Origin: Mobula hypostoma
Taxonomy: Eukaryota
NCBI RefSeq assembly: GCF_963921235.1
Contig: NC_086098.1
Coordinates: 3,782,001-3,846,000, forward strand
DNA: 64,000 bases
Reading direction: 5' to 3'
Numbering within the stretch: the first letter of the stretch is position 1; the number at the start of each line of letters is the position of its first letter. Shown piece after piece: positions 24,956-38,071 of this stretch. A model generated the notes under the pieces. The model made no database searches. It was not told the DNA's origin and saw only the letters and a list, made by a program, of their open reading frames with translations. Both the position numbers and the translations under genes were made by a program.

Positions 24956-27103
24956 AAACTTACGAAAAGAGCGATGACTCTTGGCCTGTACTCACTGGAA
25001 TTTAAAAGAATGAGAGGAGAAAAACCTAGACAGAGTGGATGTGGAGACAATGTTTCCTACAGTGAGGGAGTCTTGGACCAGAGGTCACAGCCTCATAGTA
25101 GAGGACCTCTCTTTAGAACAGAGATGAGGTGAATCTGTGGAATTCATTGCCACACACAGCTGTGGAGACACTGGCCATATTTAAAGCAGGGATTGATATG
25201 TTCTTGATTAGTAAGGGTGTCAAAAGTTACTGGGAGGAGGGAGAGATCTATTGATCTCCACTGTTGCAACTTCAGACACTGTGCAGTGGGTTTCAGTCAG
25301 GTGTGAAAGCAGAATCAAAGAGGTGGGAATACAGGGTGTTGAAGGGGAAAGAACAGTAAGGGCTAGTAACTAGTAGATAGTGATGTGGACTGTGCTAATG
25401 TGTTAACAGGGAACTGCAGACACAGGAATGCAGCAGCGATGACACCCACGTTTCAGAAACTTCTCTCATTATGTTACCGCTTTGTGATAGAAAACTGGAT
25501 TTACTGTTAGAGCTGCGGATAATCATTTTATTCTATAATCAGGACCTAGTCCATTACTTAATTAAGTCTTCCTGTCACTACCATTCTGTTATCAAAATGT
25601 AGTTTTACTGGTAATCTCATCAACTGAGAATATAAAAGCTGTACCAAATTCATGAATATAGATTTTTCCTTCCAGTTAAAAAAATTCCTTTCCCCTTCCC
25701 TCTTCGTCTATTTGCCACTCTGGCCTTTTAACTCCTCTCATCTGCCTACCATCTCCCATGGGTTCCCCTTCTCCTATGATCCAGTCTCCTCTCCTATCAG
25801 ATTCCTTCTTCTCCAGCCTTTTACCTTTCCCACCCACCTAGCTTCACCGGTCACCTCCTAGCCATCCTCCTTCCCCTCTCCGCACCTTTTTATTCTGGTA
25901 TCTTCCCGCTTCCTGTCCAGTCCAGAAGAAGGTAAACTGTCCTAAACGTTGACAGTATATTACTTTACGTAGATTCTGCCTGACCTGCTGAGTTCTTCCA
26001 ACATTTTGTGTGTGTTGCTCCAGATTTCCAGCATCTGCAGAATCTCATGTGTTTATGAATTCATGCTCAGGTATATCAGCTTTGACTGGTCTCCTGGTGC
26101 GCTTCACTTTTTAATAAATCGCCCGTCATTTTGAACATCAACTCTGTTGGTCTTTCAGTTTGCCCCTACACAAAATGTGTCAAATTAGTAGAGGATATTT
26201 TGTTTAATTTAGAGAGTGTAAGGTAATTTTTCTGCTATTTATCACTCTGTTTTGCAGTTGCTTGTGAATTTGGTGAGCGGTTGCAAGTTGTGTGATTTGT
26301 AATTTAATCAGCAGCTGCACTATTTGGTTGGGTGGTTTATAGTTACCGGTCTGGTAATGACATCCTTCAGCCTTATAATTGCATATGCCATGCTGACCTG
26401 GCAAAGAATCTACAAGAAATGTTATTCAGTTTTATATGTACTTTAAACAAAAGCCTGGGGTTATTTACTCTGCAGGTTTGAGAGTTCGGGTAGATGGAAG
26501 ACAATTTCTTCATCGAGTGTTGAACATTTTTAAGGAAATAGATAAATTTAAACCATGGGAATACAGTATGTCAGTTTATTCTAACTTGCAGTAATTTCTC
26601 CCCCTCTCTCACTTCCATTCCCCACTCTAGCTATCCTTTACCCCTTCTCCTCACCTGTCTATCACTTCCTTCTTGTGCCCCTCTGTCTTCTCTTTCTCAC
26701 ATGATTCACTCTCCTCTCCCATCAGATCCCTTCTTCAGCCCTTTACCTCTTCCACCTATTGAGGTGATCTGCTTCTTACTTCACCCCACCCCCAGCTAGT
26801 TTCACCTATCACCATCGAGCTTGTCTTCCTTGCCCTCCTCCCACCACCTTATTCTGGCTGCTCCCCCCTTCCCTTCAGTCCTAATGAAGGGTCTCGGCCT
26901 GGAACATTGACTGTTTATTCCCTCCCGTAGATACTGGCTGACCTGCTGAGTTCCTCCAGCACTTTGTGTGTGTTTGTGAACTTGCATATTATTGCCACAA
27001 AACCTGTAATAGGTTGATGTTAGCTGAAAATGGTGCGTACAAGAGCAAATTTGATGGAGTAGATTCCCATAGGATGGAAAACCATCCCAGTTAGCACAGC
27101 CGT

Positions 27104-27432
27104 GTTTCATGTTGTACTGTGTCTCTCAATTTCATGTTGTACTGTGTCTCTCAGTTTCATATTGTACATGTTGTACTGTGTCTCAGTTTCATGTTGTACT
27201 GTGTCTCTCAGTTTCATGTTGTACTGTCTCTCTCAGTTTCATGTTATACATGTACTGTGTCTCAGTTTCAGGTTCTACTGTGTCTCTCAGTTTCATGTTG
27301 TACTGTGTCTCAGTTTCAGGTTGTACTATGTCTCTCAGTTTCATGTTGTACTGTGTCTCAGTTTCATGTTGTACTGTGTCTCTCAGTTTCATGTTGTACT
27401 GTGTCTGTTTCATGTTGTACTGTGTCTCCCAG
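27104..27432. repeat. Minisatellite, 24-26 bp unit TGTGTCTC(TC)AGTTTCATGTTGTAC
   Basis: About 13 head-to-tail copies are visible. Confidence 0.9.
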
Positions 27433-27497
27433 TTTCTCTTCCAATGGAATCAATAGAATACATTTCATTGGCAAAATGCACGGTGTTGATTTGAATA

Positions 27498-30090
27498 TAT
27501 AGAACATAGAAACACAGAAAAACCTACAGCACAATACAGGCCCTTCGGCCCACAAAGCTGTGCTGAATATGTCCTTGCCTTAGAAATTACCCAGGGTTAC
27601 CCATAACCCTCTATTTTTCTAAGGTTCATGTACCTATCCAGGAGTCTCTTAAAAGACCCTATCGTATCCGCCTTCACCACCGTCGCAGGTAGCCCATTCC
27701 TCGCACTCACCACTTCCTGCGTAAAATAACTTACCCGACATCTCTGTACCTACTTCCAAGCACCGTAAAACTATGCCCTCTCGTGTTAGCCATTTCAGCC
27801 CTGTGAAAAAGCCTCTAACTATCCACACAATCAATGCCTCTCATCATCTTATACACCTCTATCAGGTCACCTCTCATCCTCCGTCGCTCCAACGAGAAAA
27901 GGCCAAGTTCACTCAACCTATTCTCATAAGGCATGCTCCCCAATCCAGGCAACATCCTTGTAAATCTCCTCTGCGCATTTTCTATGGCTTGCACATCCTT
28001 CCTGTAGTGAGGCGACCAGAACTGAGCACAGTACTCCAAGTGGGGTCTGACCAGGGTCCTATATAGCTGCAACATTACCTCTTGGCTCCTAAACTCAATC
28101 TCAGAATTGATGAAGGCCAATGCACCGTATGCCTTCCTAACCACGGAGGCAACCTGCGCAGCAACTTTGAGTGTCCTACAGACTCGGACCCCAAGATTCC
28201 TCTGATCCTCCACACTGCCAAGAGTCTTACCATTAATACTATACATATTCTGCCATCATATTTGACCTACTAAAATGAACCACTTCACACTTATCTGGGT
28301 TGAACTCCATCTGCCACTTCTCAGCTCAGTTTTGCATCCTATCAATGTCCCGCTGTATCCTCTGACAGCCCTCCACACTATACACAACACCCCCAACCTT
28401 TGTGTCAGAAAATTTACTAACCCATCCCTCCACTCCTCATCCAGGTTGTTTATAAAAATCACGAAGAGAAGGGGTCCCAGAACAGATCCCTGAGGCGCAC
28501 CACTGGTCACCGACCTCCATGCAGAATATGACCCGTCTACAACCACTCCTTGCCTTCTATGGGCAAGCCAGTTCTGGACCCCCAAAGCAATGTCCCCTTG
28601 GATCCCATGCCTCCTTGCTTTCTCAATGGGCCTTGCATGGGGTACCTTATCAAATGCCTTGCTGAAATCCATATACACTACATCTACTGCTCTACCTTTA
28701 TCAATGCGTTTAGTCACATCCTCAAAAGATTCAATTGGGCTCGTAAGGCACGACCTGCCTTTGACAAAGCCATGCCGACTATTCTTAATCATATTATGCC
28801 TCTCCAAATGTTCATAAATCCTGCCTCTTGGGATCTTCTCCATCAACTTACCAACCACTGAAGTAAGACTCACTGGTCTATAATTTCCTGGGCTATCTCT
28901 ACTCCCTTTCTTGAATAAGGGAACAGCATCTGCAACCCTTCAATCCTCCAGAACTCTCCCATCCCCATTGATGATGCAAAGATCATCGCCAGAGGCTCAG
29001 CAATCTCCTCCCTCACCTCTCATAGTTATAGTCATACTTTATTGATCCCGGGGGAAGTTGGTTTTCGTTACAGTTGCACCATAAATAATTAAATAATAAT
29101 AAAATCATAAATAATTAAATAGTAATATGTAAATTATGCCAGGAATTAAGTCCAGGACCAGCCTATTGGCTCAGGGTGTCTGACCCTCCAAGGGAGGAGT
29201 TGTAAAGTTTGATGGCCACAGGCAGAAATAACCTCCTATGACGCTCTGTGTTGCATCTCAGTGGAATGAGTCTCTGGCTGAATGTACTCCTGTGCCTACC
29301 CAGTACATTATGTAGTGGATGGGAGACATTGTCCAAGATGGCATGCAACTTGGACAGCATCCTCTTTTCAGACACCACTGTGAGAGAGTCCAGTTCCATC
29401 CCCACAACATCACTGGCCTTACGAGTGAGTTTGTTGATTCTGTTGGTGTCTGCTACCCTCAGCCTGCTGCTCCAGCACACAACAGCAAACATGATAGCTC
29501 TGGCCACCACAGACTCGTAGAACATCGTCAGCATCGTCTGGCAGATGTTAAAGGACCTCAGTCTCCTCAGGAAATAGAGTTGGCTCTGACCCTTCTTGTA
29601 GACAGCCTCAGTGTTCTTTGACCAGTCCAGTAGCCTGGGGTACATCTCGTCCGGTCCTGGTGACTTATCCAACTTGATGCTTTCCAAAAGCTCCCACACA
29701 TTCTCTTTCTTAATATCTACATGCTCAAACTTTTCAGTCCACTGTAAGTCATCCCTACAATCACCACGATCCTTTTCTGTAGTGAATACTGAAGCAAAGT
29801 ATTCATTAAGTACCTCTGTTATCTCCTCCGGTTCCATACACACTTTTCCACTGTTGCGTCCTATGCTCTCACGTCTTATCCTCTTGCTCTTCACATACTT
29901 GTAAAATGCTTTGGGCTTTTCCTTAATCCTGTCCGCCAAGGCCTTCTCATGGCCCCTTCTGGCTCTCCTAATTTCATTCTTAAGCTCCTTCCTGCTAGCC
30001 TTATAAATTTCTCGATCTCTATCATTACCTAGTTTTTTGAACCTTTTGTAAGCTTTTCTTTTCTTCCTCACTAGATTTACAACAGCCTAT
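27498..30090 (-). mobile_element. CR1 LINE (3' ~2 kb), interrupted by Rex/Babar fragment
   Basis: RT ORFs 28256-28873 and 27815-28246; CATAGAAA tail repeats at about 27500. Confidence 0.9.
29022..29630 (-). mobile_element. Rex/Babar LINE 3' fragment
   Basis: LDWSKNTEAVYKKGQSQLYFLRRLRSFN...FLPVAIKLYN; short (GACTAT)n tail. Confidence 0.8.
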
Positions 30091-31342
30091 TATCTACAGT
30101 AGAGCAGTACTGCATGGTACAGTCCCTTGGGTCAATGATGTTATGCTGACCTTTCAACCTCCCTGAAGGTCAACCTGGAAGACCATAATACATAGGGGCA
30201 GAATTAGGTCATTTGGCTCATCGAGTCTGTTCTGCCATTCAATCTTGGCTGACTTATTTTTCTCTCAAACCTATTCTCCTGCCTTCTCCCTTTAACCTTT
30301 CACGCCTTGATTAATGAAGAACGTATCAAGCTCCGCTTTAAATGTACCTAGTGACTTGGCCTCCCCAACAGTCTGTGGCAATGAATTCCATGGATTCATC
30401 ATGCTATGGCTGAAGAAATCCTAATTTCTAAATGGATTAAAAAAAATCTAACCATTCCCTTGTAGATCACCCTCCATTTTTCGATCACTCATGTGCTTAT
30501 TTAAGAATGTCTTCAATGCCCCTAATATGTCTGCTTTTACCAGCACTCCAGCAGCAAATTCCACACACTCACCACTCTATGTGTAAAAAAACTTAACTCT
30601 GACATCATCCAATCACCTTAAATTATTAGCCATTTCCACCTTGGGAAAAAGTGTCTGACTGTCCACTTGATCTATGCCTCTTCTCATCTTGTACACCTGA
30701 TCAGATGGATTCTCATCCTCCTTCATTCCAGAGAGAAAAACCCCAACTCACTCAACCTATCTTCATAAAACCCACATTTAGAGCTACTGACCTGGGATGA
30801 ATCTCAAATCATGGTGTGTGAAATATGGAAGAATTGAAGATCTGATCAAGGGAGTTGATTATTTGGGGGTTATTTATTGTGGGGACCAGCTAGTGGAATT
30901 AGATGTATGTTGATCACTCAAGGGAGTTGATTATTTGGGGATTATTTTTGGTGGGGACCAGCTGGTGAAATTAAATGTATGTTGATCACTCAAGAATTAT
31001 GGTTGATATTTGCAGGTTGATTAAAAATTGATCATGGAGGTACAGAAAGCAGAAAAAAACTTGATAATATGCATGTTCAAGATTCTGAATTCAAACTTAA
31101 TTGGCAGCTCAGCTCTATTTTAAAAAAAATCAATGTAAAGTTAATTTTATATAACATATTTTGACAGCTTTTTAACTTTTACCCAAAGTAGATTTAATTA
31201 ACCTCGTTCACTGATGGTTTTGTGAAACCACGTAAATGTACGTGACCTTTGCATTGGGTAAATAATTAACTTGTCTGCCTGCGTTCCTCGGTAATTTCCT
31301 CTTTTAACATCCTGGTGACTTTTCTGTTTGTTGTTATTTTAG

Positions 31343-31473
31343 GACAAGTAATCTATGCACATCAGTTTATGAATCTGACCGGTCAAAACTTGACTAATGT
31401 CAGCCTGTTTGAAGATCATTGTAATAATCTTTTGCGTGACCTGATTGTTTTAGCGGTCAACAAGTATACCAAG
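31343..31473 (+). CDS. MMS22L: MMS22L coding exon (G)QVIYAHQFMNLTGQNLTNVSLFEDHCNNLLRDLIVLAVNKYTK
   Basis: ttattttag| ... AAG|gtaggg. Resembles human QVVYGHQFMNLASDNLTNISLFEEHC. Confidence 0.95.
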
Positions 31474-31861
31474 GTAGGGAATGTTTCTCCTGACCTTCGA
31501 TGTACAATGTTCCCTTGTTCCCTAATTGTTTTTTACCAGGAACATGATGTGATACAATGTCACAGTCAGTACGCAGAGATGGAAATAAAAGCTATATAGT
31601 TTGCCACCCTTGTTGCTTCATAGATGCTACCTGACTTGCTGAGTTCCTACAATACTTTGAGTGTGTTGCTCTGGATTTCCAGCATCTGCAGAATCTATTA
31701 TGTTAATGAGATTGTAAGATAGATTGCATTTATTATAATTCATATTTTTAACTAAAACATCTTAAATGTAATCTTCTGTCACAGCATAAAATGTTTAAAA
31801 TATTCTCTAAATTAATTCCACTTCAACATGAAAAAAACACTTGAAATTTTGGACATTCCTT

Positions 31862-32604
31862 TCATAGTCATAGTCATAGTCATACTTTATTGATCCCGGA
31901 GGAAATTGGTTTTCATTACAGTTGCACCATAAATAATAAATAGTAATAAAACCATAAATAGTTAAATAGTAATATGTAAATTATGCCAGGAAATTATGAA
32001 ATAACTCCAGGACCAGCCTATTGGCTCAGGGTGTCTGACCCTCCAAGGGAGGAGTTGTAAAGTTTGATGGCCACAGGCAGGAATGACTTCCTATGACACT
32101 CTGTGTTGCATCTCGGTGGAATGAGTCTCTGGCTGAATGTACTCCTGTGCCCACCCAGTACATTATGTAGTGGATGGGAGACATTGTCCAAGATGGCATG
32201 CAACTTAGACAGCATCCTCTTTTCAGACACCACCGTGAGAGAGTCCAGTTCCATTCCCACAACATCACTGGCCTTACGAATGAGTTTGTTGATTCTGTTG
32301 GTGTCTGCTACCCTCAGCCTACTGCCCCAGCACACAACAGCAAACATGATAGCACTGGCCACCACAGACTCGTAGAACATCCTCAGCATTGTCCGGCAAA
32401 TGTTAAAGGACCTCAGTCTCCTCAGGAAATAGAGATGGCTCTGACCCTTCTTGTAGACAGCCTCAGTGTTCTTTGACCAGTCCAGTTTATTGTCAATTCG
32501 TATCCCCAGATATTTGTAATCCTGCACCATGTCCACACTGACCCCCTGGATGGAAACAGGGGTCACCGGTACCTTAGCTCTCCTCAGGGTCTACCACCAG
32601 CTCC
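31862..32604 (-). mobile_element. Rex/Babar LINE 3' fragment
   Basis: ORF 32018-32566 YKYLG...KLDWSKNT...LYFLRRLRSFN; (GACTAT)n tail; very similar to the copy at 29022. Confidence 0.85.
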
Positions 32605-33755
32605 ATATAGAAATACCCAAACTTACAGCTTTAATTAAAAAAAAAATCAGGGCTTATTTACATAGCCAAGTTTTAAATTCCTAGAAATTAGTGACTGCTT
32701 CCACAAAGCGTTGAGAATGGATTTTAATGCCCTCACTTCAAGTTTCAGGGTTGCCATTCAGGAGAATGTAAAGGAGGATGTAATGATTGTTACTCTGGAT
32801 GTGATACAGCAGTAAAAATACACAATAAACATAAAGAATACAATAAAAACACTAAATATAAAGGCACAACGTACAAGTAACTGTTATTTTTATATATATG
32901 AAAGAGAGAGAGAAAAAAAAAGAGGCCCTTTGACCAGTGAGAATCATGCTGACAATCAAGCCCCCATTTCTACTAACCCTGCATTTCTCCCTATATTATG
33001 AGATATATAGATAGAGTAAACACAAGCAAACTTTTTCCACTGAGGTCGGGTGAGACTACAATCAGAGTTCATGGGTTAAGGTGAAAAGTGAAAAGCTTGA
33101 GGAACATGAGGGGAAACTTCTTCACTCTGGGGGTTGTGAGAGTTTGGAATGAGCTGTCAGCATAAGTGAGGATGCGGGTTATTTCAACATTTAACAGGCA
33201 TAGGGATAGGTACATGGATGGGACGGTAAGGAGAGCAAGTAATAGTTTGGCATTGATTAGATGGGCCTGTTTCTGTGATGTAGTGATCTGTGACTTCATG
33301 ACATATACATGACAGGCTACTCTTCAGGCAAGAGAGTATTAGGATGGCAGTGAGTCCTACCATCATCCCCTGGCATCTGTCTTACTGTACTTGTTACAAT
33401 GTGGATCTCTGCAGTTTCCATGTTGTTATATTTAAATTTTCAGATACTGTGCTTCATAAATCATAGGATGGGAGATCAAAGCTATCTGGGAGGTTGTGGA
33501 AAGCATGATTTGGGAAAGGGCTGGTGATGGGAGGAAAGGTTATTGGAACATTTGGAGATGGGGCTGTGCTTGTGGGGAGGGGGCTGGTTTACTGAGTGCG
33601 GTGATGGGGCTATTAACATTGTCAATGAAACCAAATGGCCTCAAAGTGGCTACAACCCATCGTGCTGACAACCAAAGTTCAGTTCCCCCCCCCCACCCCC
33701 TTTGGTGAATAAATACAAAAATAAGAAATTAGAATCGTTTAGTATCACTAATATA

Positions 33756-34320
33756 CACTCATTGACCACTTAACTAGATACATATGTACACCTGCTTGTT
33801 AATGTAAATATCTAATCTGCTAATCATGCAGCAGTAACTCAATGCATAAAAGCATGCAGACATGGTCAAGAGGTTCAATTGCTGTTCAGACCCAAAAATC
33901 AGTATGGGGAACAAATGTGATCTAACTGACTTTGACCGTAGAATGACTGTTGGTGCCAGATGGAGTGACTTAAGTATCTCAGAAACTGCTGATCTCCTGG
34001 GATTTTCACACATAACAATCTCTAGAGTTTACAGGGAATGGTGCAAAAAAAAAAGAAAAATTCAGTGAGTGGCAGTTTGTGGGTGAAAATGCCTTGTTAA
34101 CGAGAGAGGTTGGAGGAGAATGTCCAGACTGATTTAAGCTGACAGGAAGATGACAGTAACTCAAACAACAGTGATGTTGCAGTTACAACAGTGGTGTGCA
34201 GAACTCTGAACACACAACATCGAACCTTGAAGTGGGTAGGCTACCGCAGAAGACTACAAGCATACACTCAGTGGCCACTTTATTAGGTATAAGCATACCT
34301 AATAAATTAGCCACTGAGTG
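33756..34320 (+). mobile_element. Non-autonomous Tc1/mariner element
   Basis: TA-flanked TIRs of the CACTCAGTGGCCACTTTATTAGGTA type. Retains the transposase N-terminus MGNKCDLTDFDRRMTVGAR...SISETADLLGFS...SRVYREW. Confidence 0.85.
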
Positions 34321-34544
34321 TATATCATGAAGTGTTTTGTTTTGTGGCAGCAGTGCAGGGCAATACATAAAGTATACTGTAAATTATATGAAATATATGT
34401 GTGGAAAAAGTAGTGAGGTGTTCATGGATTCATTGTCCATTCAGAAATCTGGTGGAAATACATAGAGTAAATAGTATAATTGTCGCTGGTTGATTCTTGT
34501 TGCTTATTTCACTTGGTTTTGTGAATGTTACCCTCTGCTTCTAG

Positions 34545-34658
34545 GTCAGACCAACTGATGCACTTAACGTTTGTCATTACCAGTGCAGCTGCGTGAAGGA
34601 ACTGTGGTTGCTGCTCATCCACCTACTTGATCACCGGAATAAGACTTCCCAAACCGAG
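34545..34658 (+). CDS. MMS22L: MMS22L coding exon VRPTDALNVCHYQCSCVKELWLLLIHLLDHRNKTSQTE
   Basis: tgcttctag| ... GAG|gtaatg. Resembles human CLCIKELWVLLIHLLDHR. Confidence 0.95.
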
Positions 34659-35885
34659 GTAATGTTGCTTCAATTTGCTTGGGTCTTCTAACTGAAAATC
34701 AAGAATCAAGTATCAAGTATCTTTATTAGACCATGCTGCCCAGTGACCTGCTCTGGGCCCAGATTTCGCTGCCCAGCACGAAGCTGATCTCAAGCTCTTC
34801 AAATCAGCTCCGTGCCCAGGTAATCCAAACTCACACCCGAGCCAGTTGTATGGGCATCAAATCTCCTCTGCCCAGACCCTGTCTTCTCTGCTTCGTGCCC
34901 AGAGCAATCCAAACTCGCACGCGGGCCAGTTGTATGGGCATTAAATCTCCTCTGCAAGGCTCCGGCTTTTGCACTTGGTGCCCAGAGTGATCCAACCTCG
35001 CCCCCAGGCCAGTTGTATGGGTATCAAATCTCTGCCAGACCCCGTCTTCTCCGCTCAGTGCCCAGAGCAATCTAGCGTCGGTCTTGGGCCAGTTGTACGG
35101 GCATCGGACTCCATCCGCAACGATTCTGCGTCACACCATCTCAGCTCATCCCCCGAACTTGATTCGCCATTGCTCGCCCTTCACTGTTTGCGGCAATAAC
35201 TTAACTCAGTTTACCTCAGAAAATGTATTTTTGGTGATATTTCCAGTTGGCTTTCTCAAGTTTTTAACTACCAGGAAATGTTGCACGCATTCGGTAGCGT
35301 CATTTTAACCGCAAGTATAAGGATTACAGAAACGCTAGTGAAAACTTTATTGGTGGGCACAGAAGGTAGAACTTTGAATTGGTGTTCGTAAAGGAGGATG
35401 GTGTATGGGGTGTCCAGACAGGGATAGCATCTCCAGTGAAGGGGCTTATTGTCTGTCTTCATTCTGTTGCCCACAGGACACTCAGCTCCTACCTGTGGCT
35501 CCAGGTAGCTGTTTACATATGACAACTGCCACACCCAATACGCTGCTTCGACAGGTGGGCTAAACTAGGTGAGGGTAGCCAGTGGGCCTCATATCCCGGT
35601 GAAATTAGGACATGCTTGTCCAAGCATGTGAGGTAAACTCTGGCAGACTGGGCGGATGACATCTACAGTGAGAAGTGGTACTGCAGTGCCTCATGGAGAG
35701 TGAAGCGCATGGTGAGGCACAGAAGAAGTCATGATCATTGATTGAACCAAGGAAGACTCCAGTTTGTGATGCTTGTTTGTACCACTGGACCAGGTCGAGA
35801 GAGTGGAACTGCCACTTTAAAAACTCTCCTGCACGTTTCCTGTCATCGTCAGACACAACGGACAACCAATCATAAAGGAAGATGC

Positions 35886-35921
35886 AGTCCTGATGAAGGG
35901 TCTTGGCCCGAAACGTTGATT
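35886..35921 (+). ncRNA. Minimal hammerhead ribozyme (GUU triplet) in short Penelope terminus fragment
   Basis: agtc-CTGATGA-A-GGG-tcttgg-CCC-GAAA-CGTT-gatt. Confidence 0.65.
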
Positions 35922-36707
35922 GTTTGTTCCCATCCTGACTGTAGAGCTCCTCCAGTACATTGTGTGTATTGCCCTAAATTTCCAGAATCACCAGTACTTC
36001 TTGTATCTGTAAAGCAAGCTGGTATTGTTAGACTGAGGTACTGAGGTTATTGGGAAGCTGGATTAGATGGGGATAAAGAAAGGGCACCAAAACAACTCAA
36101 GATGATCAAGTCGCTGCCCTCGGAGGGGCTGCTGGTTTGAGTCTCTGAGGGAAAAATCTAACAATTAGAGTGTTTTATGAGGATTTCTTGGGAAATATTT
36201 ATCCACACAAGCAGTCATAGAGGTGAATGCAATTTATAAACAGTAATCACTTCTCTTTAGTTTTGATTCAGAGAAGAATGGATTTTTATTAATCAAATTA
36301 ATTGGATTATGGGGAAGAATGAGCCATAAGCACATGATTTGACTCTGTTCCTTTGGGTTAGAACATAAAACAGGAACAAGCCCTTCGGTCCACAATGTTG
36401 GACTGAACTAACTAAATGAATAATCAAATGCCCGACCAAATGAATCCCTTCAGTCTACACAATGTCCACATCCTTCCATTTTCCTCACATTCATGTGTCT
36501 ATCTAAGAGCCTCTTGAATGCCCTGACATGTTTGTCTCCAACACCATCCCTGGCAGTGCATCCCATGCACCTGTCGCTCCCTATAAAGAACTTGCCTGCA
36601 CGTCTCCTTTGAACTTACCCCATCTCACCTTCAATGCACGCTGTTTTGCCTAAGACATTTTAACTCTGGAAAAATGACAATATCTGACTGCTGTACAGAT
36701 GCCTCTC

Positions 36708-36885
36708 ATATAAGGTCTCAATCAGGTCTCATATAACCCTCAAATCAGGTCTCACATAACCCTCAATCAGGTCTCATATAACCTTCAATCAGGTCTCACA
36801 TAACCCTCAATCAGGTCTCATATACCCCTCAATCAGGTCTCACATAACCCTCAAACAGGTCTCACATAACCCTCAATAAAGTCTC
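36708..36885. repeat. 22-bp minisatellite AATCAGGTCTCACATAACCCTC inside a CR1 3' fragment
   Basis: About 8 tandem copies. Confidence 0.9.
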
Positions 36886-37891
36886 CCGTCAGCCTGTGCT
36901 GCTCCAGAGAAAACAACCCAAGTCTGCCCAACTTCCCATTATAGCACTTGCCCACTCATCCAGGCAGCATCCTGGTAAACCTCGACATCCTTCCTATAAT
37001 GCGGCAACTAGAACTGTATGCAATACTCCTGATGTGGCCTAACCAGAGTTTTATGGAGCTGCAACTTAATTTCCTAACTCTTGAACTGAGAAGCATGCCA
37101 TGCCTTCTCTACTAAAGTTCAAAAAAGTAAATTTATTATCTAGATACATATATGTCACCATATAGAACCCTGAGATTCATTTTCCATAAATCCATAATAG
37201 AATAATAACTATAATATAATCAATGATTACCCTGTGTGGCTACTTTCTCACAGAAGTAAGTCTCGAAAATTTAGAGATGATGACTTTAATCTTCCAATAA
37301 CTGAAGAGTAATTTCCGTTAAAAACTACTGGATATTAATTCTGGATTAAAAAATGAGAAGAAACCAAGCCTGGGAATTTCAAACCAGCTAGTGCTGAGGA
37401 GTTCTTTAAGGGTATCATAGCTGGGGTGTATAGTGGGGATAAGCTCCCACTACCTATTAAATGCTCTCAATGGCGTGCATCTCAAGTAGCCTCTGACAAC
37501 CAAGTCCAGCTCCTGGCCTTCACATGTGGCTGTTCCTGAACCTGGTGGTGTGGGACCTGAGGCTTCTGTACCTCCTTCCCAATGGCAGCAGTGAGAAGAG
37601 AGCATGGCCTGCATGGTGTGAGTCTTTGACGAAGGATGCTGCTTTCTTGTGGCAGTATTCGTTGTAGATGTACTCACTGGTGGGGAGGGCTTTGCCTGTG
37701 ATGGTCTGGGCTTTGTCTACCAATTTTTATAGGCTTTTCCATTCTTGGGCATTGTTATTTCTATACTGGGCCTTAATGCAGTATGTGTGTCTATAGAAGA
37801 TTTAGATGGCATGTCAAATCAAGATTTACCTTCTGGAGATACTGTTCTATAGGCCAGTAGAGAGTGAATAATTTCTGTCTGCATCCTGCAG

Positions 37892-38071
37892 AATTTCTGG
37901 AACTGCTTGAACAGTCATCTCAGGGATCTCTTGCAAGAGAAGACAAATACAGAAGGAGTTCGTCTTTGTGTTTCCAACATCTGGAAGGATCCTCGTGGTT
38001 TCACTTGGTGGCTGGTTACCCACCTTGCAGTTCTTTACACATTTGACAGAAATGGAACCACTCAAGACAAG
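37892..38071 (+). CDS. MMS22L: MMS22L coding exon NFWNCLNSHLRDLLQEK...KDPRGFTWWLVTHLAVLYTFDRNGTTQDK
   Basis: atcctgcag| ... AAG|gtagag. Resembles human SFWNWLN...DPLGFSWWIITHVASFYKFDRHG. Confidence 0.95.

Noticed and set aside
27102..27502. Cys-rich ORFs in all three frames
   Set aside because: Artefact of a stop-free minisatellite.
29163..30071. 302-aa ORF as a fusion protein
   Set aside because: Chance in-frame junction of a CR1 ORF2 piece and an inserted Rex/Babar 3' fragment.
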